Shown here: positions 42,906-53,885 of the stretch, piece after piece | Numbering within the stretch: position 1 is the first letter of the stretch | Layout of the letters: every line of letters starts with the position of its first letter | Source of the DNA: Chrysomallon squamiferum | Lineage: Eukaryota > Animalia > Mollusca | Direction of reading: 5' to 3' | DNA: 64,000 bases | Assembly: GCA_012295275.1 (NCBI GenBank) | Contig: CM022670.1 | Location: 25,916,001 to 25,980,000 of the forward strand | Notes under the pieces: model-generated | What the model was told of the DNA's origin: nothing | Database searches by the model: none | The model's input: only the letters and a program-made list of their open reading frames with translations | Translations under genes and position numbers: made by a program

Positions 42906-43195
42906 CCTGTAAACAAATGTGAAAATTGTTATTATTTTTTTTTTTTTTTGATCTACATTTAATGATTCAAAAAAAAAATCATAAACTTAAAAACTTTAAG
43001 TTTTCAGCTGCCATGGCATAACCGGTGAAAAATATTAAACAGCCTTTCTGATGATTTTTGATCTCTCAAGCAACTGATTTCAGAATCATTCTCCTCTGGT
43101 TTTAGATTAAATTTCATTAGCTGTTATGGTCTACTTTCGTTGTGAATATGACATTCAACTGAACAAGATGGCTGTGTCTATGTTAGACGTACAGT

Positions 43196-43633
43196 TTACT
43201 GGATGATGCTGGTCACAGAAACGTAAGGACCAATGGGTGAAATCGTTACATCATCGCAATGACTCGCCTCTGACGCTGGAAGAATCACATCTTGTTGAGG
43301 ACTACTTTCTGAAACTTTATCACCATCATCGTCATGAGGGGAGGCAACTGATGTAGAATTAGCCTGATTCTGCGCAGCATCGACACAACCAGAATGTTTC
43401 ACTTCAACATTTCTGACATCTTCATCAGTTACTGAGTTTCCTGATGTATTTCCTAGGTCTTGCATTGTTATATATTGTGATACTGGCTGATCAGAATTCT
43501 GAAAAGGACAATGAACAGTGACAACCTTCCTGCTGAGGTCAACACACAGCTCTTCTTCGTCTTCCTTGGTGCAGCAGTTACCATTAGTCAACTGTGAAGA
43601 GAGAAAATCAGCACTACCTCTTCCTGGAACATC
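43196..43633 (-). CDS. Receptor B terminal cytoplasmic exon
   Basis: Acidic tail with SQYITMQ and terminal GPYVSVTSIIQ*. Confidence 0.82.
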   Translation of the reverse strand, partial: DVPGRGSADFLSSQLTNGNCCTKEDEEELCVDLSRKVVTVHCPFQNSDQPVSQYITMQDLGNTSGNSVTDEDVRNVEVKHSGCVDAAQNQANSTSVASPHDDDGDKVSESSPQQDVILPASEASHCDDVTISPIGPYVSVTSIIQ

Positions 43634-44185
43634 CTGCTCTCCGAAACAACAAATCAAAAAGGTTCTATTAATAAAGCAAAATATGACATTCAGAGATATC
43701 TTAATATAACTAAAACTATGCATAAACACACACACACACACACATACACATTCCAACATACATATATACATACATTCATACACACATATAAACATAAATA
43801 CACACACAGACACTCATGCACACGCTCTCACATACACACACACTGAGAAACACTCTTACTCACTTCAATGGCAGTAACCTGTGTTGTTCTGCTGGTGTCA
43901 TTGGCAGTCTCAGATCTGTAACTGAGGAGATGTGCTGGACTGCCTGGCTCACTGTCATCTATGTTAACATGTCCATTTATACGTGTCTGAAATGTGACAT
44001 TTTTATCAGCTCTTAGATCTGTCAGCTCTTACAATACTGTGCAAGTATCTGTCTGTCTATCTACCTATCTGTCCATCTATATATATTTCTATCTACATCT
44101 AAATATATATATATTTATAATATATATAATCTCTCACTCTCTCTCTCACATATGCATGTGTATATATATGCGTGCTTATATATAT

Positions 44186-44234
<49 letters not shown>

Positions 44235-47200
44235 CCTACATTCAGAGAGACATACATACATATATATTAAAACTACACAAATAATAATTTTAAAAAGAGA
44301 TGCTAAAAAACAACTTCTATTTGTAGTTTACATATTACATTTTATTAGTATGACTTTCAAATTCAGGTGTTAGTCAAGCTGTTTAAGCAATCAAAAAAGT
44401 AACTAGCATTTATCAGAAAGTAAGTCAGCAAAAGAATTTCTTTTAAATAAAAATATTTCAAAACTCTTCTGTCTAAAAGACACAAATTTTTTTATTTCAG
44501 ATAAAACAATATTAATCCTTATGGTTCATTTCTCAGAATTTTTCTACATGCATTTGTTTGTTAAATTAGATTCAATAGATATCAAATGAAGGGATACAAC
44601 TCTTCTCTGAAATGTCAGCATGTTTTGACTGGCTAACAGTTTACAGTTAGCTACTGTGAGAAATTGGTTGTTAACCATTTTTCTTATATAAAACAAAACA
44701 TCTCAAAGCCTCACAGTATAATTAAATTTCATGCCACAAGTTCATGTCAACAACCTTATATAATTGATATTTAAATTAAAAAAATTAACAATTAACAATT
44801 CTTTAAATTACCTCATTTCTTTTTGTATGATTAGGATAATTAAAATGCATTTTAGCACGGCATTTTTTCTTTCGACATCTACAAAATGTAAAACAGTATG
44901 TTAAAAATGCAGATAATAAAAAGCAACAGAGGACTGATCTTTGAAAACTGTAATTAATAGTGCTGGCAGTTCAAGGTTTGTGGTCTGTCTCAATTCTAAA
45001 CAGGTCAGTGGACATGGCAAGGTAACAATGAAATGTCAGAATGAGCAAACACAAATGGTATTAATTTCTTGAATACTATTCATATTGTCAAATTATAATT
45101 TACAATTTTAACTTTCAAAAGATATAAATTTTGGAGTCTCTTATTTGTAAAGAATTTTTGTCTTTGAAAATCAGCTGTAAGGTGAGTGTAAGTCTGCAAG
45201 TATTTTGTTTTATTTTATATCTGTATCTGTCTGTCCAAATATTGTTTATATATTTATATGTATTTCTATTTACAAAATACTTAACAATTTTTCTAAAATT
45301 ATGTCTTTGTTTAATTATTATAATATTTTGAAATGTTCTTGAATGAGATACAAGCAAATCATTACAACCATAAGTTAATAATGCCACAAATAAAATTTTA
45401 AAAAAATAATATCTTTGTCAAATATACGTTGAGCATTAAGTCAGAGAATGCATGCAGCTGAGAAACACTGACAGGTTTCATCAAGTAAGTAAGCAAGGGT
45501 AAGAAATAAATACCTATTTTTATCATTTTCACGTACAATCAGACACCAGAAGAAATGTATTTCTTTATTTTATTTTAGCAAATTCAATAATTTGTGCTCT
45601 ACATTATTCACTTTAAATGATATATTGCTGTTGAAGATTTCAGAATGACATCAAAAGTTACAATTTAATATTATAATCTGGGAATAACATTTCTGTTTAC
45701 TTATGTTGCAGAGATCAAGACAGTTGGACATTAGCTCAGTGAAACAACTAGTCAGGGATAAAAAGCCATCAGTTTACACGGTTAAATAAAGCATATTAAT
45801 TGATTAGCAGGACAATTTCTTAGTTTATTATTAATAAAAGAAATGGTGAAGAAACTATCAATGAATATTATTTATGAAATAATAAATGGTTAAATAAAGA
45901 ACTGATGTTCAATTATAAATATATATACTTACAAGATTATGATCAAAATCGAGACAGGAACACAAAATGCAGATATTCCTATTAACCGTAATTCTTTCCA
46001 ATCAAAATGACTAACTGGAACTAAAAGAAACAGAGAGAAATTGTAAGATATATTATAAGATTATGAGATTTATTCTTGCTTTTTACTTTTTTCTTTCATA
46101 TTATTATTAATTTTGCTCTTTCTCACTTCTGACTCTTTGGCTGCATTCTCTCTCTCCTTCTCATTCCTTTCTCTCTCTGTCTCTAAATCCATGTCATAAC
46201 AGTTTACATCTCTCCAGATATACATTTCTATTGATATTAAAGTGATATTTACACTACATACACTGCTAATGATATTTACATCTTTATACACTGCTGATGA
46301 TATTTACAACTACATACACTACTGATGATATTTACATTACACACACTGCTGATAATATTTACATCTTTATACACTGCTAATGATATTTACATCTTTATAC
46401 ACTGCTGATGATATTTACATCTATATACACTGCTGATGATATTTATATCTTTATACACTGCTGATGATATTTACACCTACATACACTACTGATGATATTT
46501 ATATCTTTATACACTGCTGATGATATTTACATTACACACACTGCTGATGATATTTACACCTACATACACTGCTGATGATATTTACACCTACATACACTAC
46601 TGATGATATTTACAACTACATACACTACTGATGATATTTACATCTATATACACTGCTGATGATATTTACATTACATACACTGCTGATGATATTTACATTA
46701 CACACACTGCTGATGATATTTACATTACACACACTACTGATGATATTTACACCTACATACACTGCTGATGATATTTACACCTACATACACTACTGATATT
46801 TACACCAACATACACTGCTGATAATATTTACATCTTTATACACTACTGATGATATTTACACCTACATATACTGCTGATGATATTTACACCTACATACACT
46901 GCTGATGATATTTATTCTTACCTAATTTCCCAGTCAATCTATTACTCCTTGGACCAGCGCCTGCAGCTGCAACTGCCTCAAGCTGAAACCTGTATTGTGT
47001 ACCAACTGTTAGATTTGTAAATGTGTATGATTGTTTCTCAGAGCTCACCTCCACTTTCTTTTCTGTGAATATACATACATTTACATTTGATTTATTTTCT
47101 TTTTTCAGAAAATATTGTCATGAAAATATCTCAAGCTTACATATAGATATACTAAATTAATGATTATGTAAGATAGAGATCTTTTCATGACAATATTTTC

Positions 47201-48404
47201 TGAAAAAAGAAAATAAATCAAATATAAAAGTGAACAAAATATCTATTTAACGTTTTTAATCAGTAATTTTATCTTCAGTATGAACAGTAATGAGAATTGA
47301 ACCCTGCTTATATGTGACAATCTATCCTTTTTTCAACTAGTGAGAATAGATCTTTTTATGATGAAACTTCATTTTCAAAAATATTTCTGTTTATAATATT
47401 GGTGGAAAAAACGATTCAGAGATTATTGCAAAAACAAAATAATAAAAAATACAATATTGTCATTTATTTATCTTTCTTGAATTATTAAGAATAGAAAAGA
47501 TGAAAAATGAAAATAAAAACCTTATACATTGCTTTTAAAACATATACTGAATATTTAAATAAATAACTAAAATAAAATAATATGAATAACAATAATGAAA
47601 CAAAAATAAAAATAACTAAAATAAAAATAACTAAATAAAAAAATACCTGAAGGTAAACATAAAACTAAAATATTGCTTACACTGAATAGAAACCAATTAT
47701 ATTCAACAAACACATTAATATTAAAAAACAAACAAACAAACAAACAAATAAATAATAAAAATAAAATTAAAATCATAACAATAATAACAGATACTAGCAC
47801 CCACAATTTCATCGTGGAACAGTAAAAGTCATTTTTTCTCCAATGACAGAGATCGTTTTACCCCAGAAAGCCACACAAAAATATGCTTCTTTCTTTATTC
47901 CAGCAAAAGTTGCGACTGATAATGTTCTCCAATTTTTCATCAAAAACATTGTTTTGAGAAAATGCTGATTTTGGCAGCTCATGCATTGAAAATACACAGA
48001 TTACAAGCATTTATCAGATAAATAAAGATTTCCAGATTCATCAGTTCAAAAACCTTTTTTTTTTTTTTTTTTTTTTTTTTTGGGAAACAGCTACAACAAT
48101 AAAGAAATCAAAAATAAGTAAATAAAAATGCACTGAAAGGTGAATATACCTAAGCACTGTGAATCCTTGCAGTAATAAATGATGTATTTCTGTATGAAAA
48201 CTTTCTCATCTGACAAGCACCAGTTACTTGACCACCTAACAATGAACTCTGATCCATTTTCAATTACTGTTACACCTTTTGGAGGTGACTGTGGTTCTGC
48301 AGTTAACAAAATAAATCAGCATTAAAATAAACAACATCTAAATTTATACACCATTCTTTATAAATAACTAAAAAACAAAGTAAAATAAATAAATAAATAA
48401 ATAA

Positions 48405-48457
<53 letters not shown>

Positions 48458-49026
48458 GTAATAGTAATAGTAATAGTAATAGTAATAGTAATAATAATAA
48501 TAATAATAATAATCAGAAGGGGAATGCATTAAGCTGTATAAATCAATTTATCATCTGTTGTCATTATTTTTATACTTTTCGTAATTCCTCTAGAAAAATA
48601 CAAGTTCCCCCATTTGCCAAAAAACTCGACCCCCTCTTGAATAATCTAAAATGATGTCTGCTTTCTTAATTTAAATATAAATTTTACATGTTGATTAAAA
48701 ATGTTATTATCCGATGTTTAGGAAGTATTATAAATAAATAAAACAGTTTTATGAAAAGGTAGATAACTCTTCCCTGGTAGACTTTAACTATAAATCTCTG
48801 ACGTACTTTTGTTTTTGATGGTGACACAAGATTTCCAAATTACACCACTGCTGACACTGCCAGCCTCGGTTGACAGGCCGAACTTGTACTGCTCTACAGA
48901 GTTCACCGTTACAGGTAACAACGTTCTGTTCACACTCCCCACCAGTTTCCATTTTATTTGTATCTGTAGGTAAATGATTACATTTCTGAAGGGTCAAAAA
49001 ATGGCTGCCAAGTCTCTATGGCTACC

Positions 49027-49106
<80 letters not shown>

Positions 49107-52100
49107 CCATCCAGAAAAGTAAAATCATATTATTCCAAAATCTTTTCAAATTAAAACAAGGACAAAACAAAATTCAAGATCATGGTGTGTTGTAAGCCCT
49201 GTACATAAAATGCTTTCAGTTAAACTGATGAGAAGATGTTGTAAATACCTGACAAGGTAGTTCCAGTCCTCGACACCAGTATACAGTGTATGAGAAAACT
49301 GAAGGTGAATGTGTGGTCCACAGAGCAAAGACTTTGGCTTCATCTTTATCAATCTCAATCCAAAATCGTTTGGGGGCATTAGGTTCTAAAATAGCAGCCA
49401 AAACACATGTGTAGATACACATACACACATATAAAACAACCTTAAAATTTATTAATTAAAGATTTGTTAAATTTTCTGATAATTCTGATATGTTGTTCTT
49501 CAGTCAAGGATGGTTAAAAAAAAAAAAAAAATGTATGTAGCCATAGATGTATTTTTTGAAATTAAAATCTGAAATCTTCATTCCATAATTATAAAAAAAT
49601 TCTTATTTGTCTTTGACATTTCATTTAAAGTTTAAAAGCAACAGCTTAAACTGCTGTATATTTTTTTTTTTTTAAATCATCCAACATTTACAATTTACTT
49701 TTCTTCATTTTTTTATTTTCTATTTTTTTTTTTAAATGTTCTGTAACAATCATTTTGTAATAATACATTGACATTCTGACATTATACATGGGACATTTTG
49801 CTCGAAGGTCTGAAATCACATTACAGAGGTATAACCAATTTGTAAAATTATTCTGTATTTTAACTTGCCTTTGCCTTTTTCAGGAATAATGATTTCAGAG
49901 TAATCTGTTGACATTCCTACAGACGTCTGTGCAAATATTCTGACCTGATGAGATATGTTACACATTAACAACGGAAGTGTGCATGATGTTGTATCTCCAC
50001 TGACATTCCTCGTCTGATTATCATATTCAATCCTGTACCCGGTTATTATTCCATTTTTCACGAAATCATCCTGACAAATAAAAGAAGATTTTTAAAACAA
50101 ATAATATGTGAAATATTTTTAAAAAAAAATATTTGCTTAAACCTTACACTGTGCAACAACTAATTAATAATAACACAACATTTGTTATTATTATTATTGT
50201 TATTATATTATTATTATTACTATTATTATTATTATCATTGTTATTGTTATTATAATTATTATTATTATCTTTAAATGTGAGTGTGTATGCATGTGGGTGT
50301 CTGTGTGTATGATGTGTGTGATAAATAACATTTCAAAGAAAGGACTGTGGTCATTTCAGAATATATTGTCACCATATTTAAGCATATAGATCATATTTAA
50401 TTTTCTTTCATGAAATATATAGTGAACTTAACAATGATTAATAATTATAAATACATTCTTACACTGTTTATATTCCTATTTATATAAATAAATATGTCTG
50501 CTCTCATGACGTTTTAAAAAAAAGCAAGCATCTGTTTTCATTATCCATTGCAACATAAATTAAAACTTCAAGCATGTTTGTTCTCAGTATCCATGGTAAC
50601 ATAAACACTAAGACTTCAAGCAAGTGTCTACTGATGGTATCTATGGCAACATACCTGCCAAAAGACAGTTACATTCTGAAGGCCTGGCCGCTGGTCACAG
50701 TACCCTTGTTGTGTGAAACCACCCACAGACACAAGTGGGCCACTGCCTGGAACTACATCAGACAATTAATTAATTAGCTGTTTGAAATATTCTTCTTCGT
50801 CTTCTTTTTCTTCTTTTTTGTCAAATATTATCTCATTTTAAATATAAAAATAAATAGCCTTAAAAAAAAAAAAAAAACTGATGTGGTAGACAAGAGCAAA
50901 ATAATACAATATTGCCATGTTTACAAGGACAATTTTAATTTTTATACGTCTTCGTACACAAACAACATCTTTGGCATACTAACCCAGAACGTGAATTAAC
51001 AGCATGTTGGTTTGTTAGCAGGTTAGTGAGAAAGAAGAGAGGATGGCTGGATGACTAATGTTTATCAATACATAATCAGAATCCTGGAACAACACAATAC
51101 ACCATTTTCATTCACTTTTATTTTTTAACTTCTCTTGCTGGAGTTCACTCCCTTTTGGTCTCACACCAAACAGAAGTCTTAGATAATAACAAATAAAAAA
51201 CATTACAAACATTACATTTAACTTTAGGTAACTGCTGATATTCAAGTGCAATTGTAAGATAAACAGGTCAAGTACAAGTATTTACCAAACTCAAAAACTG
51301 ACCATTAAACAGTTTTTAAGGTGGCTATTTAAATAACTCTTGTATCATTCAAACTTAAACCTAATCATTTAAGTTACTCCTGGTAATATATGTCATTCCT
51401 TTATTTGCCACATTTAAAGCCAATGATTTATGCTATTTCTGTATTTGGCAAACTTAAAGCTTATTATTTAAAACATTCCAGTATTTACTAATCTTAAAGC
51501 TGAAGAATTAATCAATTCCTGTACCTACCAGACTTTCATCTGTCGCTTTTCAATGTACACCTCTTAGCCTTTTATCAACCTGTCTAATCTATACTTGTAC
51601 AAGTATTTCTCCAAAAGTCAAATACATAAATCAATCCCTGTTAATTTTTCAACCCTCAGATCAATGCTCATTAACCATAAGGAAGACTTCTTATATAAAT
51701 AAAACCAGCATTAACTGGCCTTAAAGGTGATGATTTCAGTAATTCCAGCACTGAAAATTTGTATTATTTAGCAGACAAAATTCATCTTATAAAATATGGA
51801 AATGATGAAACCAAATTACCATGATCAATATTTGCAATTTAAAATTTCGCACTTAAACCATTCTTACCATCTTCTGCTGTAGAAACATCAATGTAGGTTG
51901 CGTTGCTCCAAAAGCCCTTCACTGTAGGCTTGCAGTCAACTGACAGTGTGTAGTGGGTAAAGGGCAGCAGGTTACATACTGTGAATTTTGGATTCTCTTT
52001 TGGCAGTTTATCCAGCAAGCACCTAGCAAAAACAAAAACAAAGACAACTAAAATGATAAATATATATAAACATTTTTTTTTTTTTTTTTTTTTTTTTTTG

Positions 52101-53786
52101 AATTTTATAAACATTACTATAATATTTCTATTATGGGACCAACCTTCCATTTTTCACCTGAAGACAACTTCAGTCTGACACGGAAAATAATACCTCTACT
52201 CTCAATTCTGGAATGTGTCCACGATATCTGAACACATGTACTATTTTTATCAATTTCCTTAACCTCAGAAACACTTTCAGGCTGCACTGAAATAATAAAT
52301 AAAAATATATTACAGTGTACACACACACACAGAAATAAGTATATAGATGTACTGTTGCAAAATAAATTTCATTTCAGAAATTAAAAAATAAAATGGCAGA
52401 ACTATATTGACTTGTTCATGAACTAATTACCTTTAAAATATATTTTAGAAAGTTTTATTTTTTCCTGTGTCAAATAGTAGGTGTATTTACTGTAAAAATA
52501 CATCACCTGTCTTTAAAATTAATACATTATTTTTATTTATTATTTATAAAAAATACTAAAGTGAATTAGTAGTTAAGAATATACAGAAAAAAAAAAAAAA
52601 AAAAAAAAAGAAACCCTGCCACCAAAATGATAAGTTACTCTTTATTTTTATTTTTTATTTTTAGCAGGATGTAATACTTCTTCTGTAACTTCCCCCACAC
52701 AAGGAATCACACTTCCCAGGTTTTGATACATTAGTCAGGGACACTGACTGGAATGGGGTATTGGCAGTCCTACAACCTACTGAGAAGAGATCTGAGCCTG
52801 TAAGCTACAATTTACACCCAAACAACAAATTTGCAAAACATTATAGATGTTTGTGTATGAAAAAAGAAAAATATCTGACAATTTGATTTTAAAAAAAATT
52901 TAGAAATCAGATTTATATTTAGTGAAAGCTTTGAATAATGATTAAATGTTTATCAACACACCATAAAATAACATGGCTGTACTGAGGTTATTAAATGAAT
53001 TGGTTGATTAATAAATCTGTTCAGTCTTTAAAAAAGTTATGCATAAATAGTCAAACAGATAAATAAAATATTTCAAATAAAAACATTTGATGAATACTTC
53101 GACATATAAGATATTTCAAAACTTTTTACTAAAAACCTGTTTCCTTTAAAAACAAAAAAAAAACTAAAAATTTAAATCAGTCATTGGTGGAATCTGAACA
53201 GATCCATCAAACTAGTTTTATTTAAAATATATTCTCCATGATGACTGCAGTCTACCACAGAGCTTTGTTTTTATCAATACACATCAGCTGGTTTACACTG
53301 AGGTGGTGGGTCCCTTTGTGAACCAAATATAACAACTGTTAATGCAAGCCTGACTCAACTTCATTCTTCCTTGCAAGGGGTGTTTGGACTTACCATTGTC
53401 CTTTATTATTACTGTATAAATTTGACTTAAGGATGATGAATTAGTTTTCAGATTTGTTACTGTGATGTTCAAAAGATAAGCAAATTCAGCACGAAAGTTG
53501 TCTTTATTCCAGTAGCAATAATCTTTTCCAGCATCAGGACACAAGCCACTTTAACAAAACAGAAAAGAAAAGCAGTTATTATAATTATTTATTTTTTCAT
53601 TTATTTATCCTGCAATCTCTGTACACAATGATAATGGTAAGATATTTTTGTTCAAAGTTACTTCTTATGTTGCTGATTCAGATCTTAAAAGACTATTTCA
53701 AAATAAACTGTTATCTAACAAACATTTTGTTTTGATGTGTAGTGACAATGAAATCAATAAGCATAAATCTACTACCATCCAGGACA

Positions 53787-53885
<99 letters not shown>

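Noticed and set aside
47809-47997. ORF inside a receptor B intron as an extra exon
   Set aside because: No phase-compatible splice sites; the flanking exons already form a complete FN3 domain.
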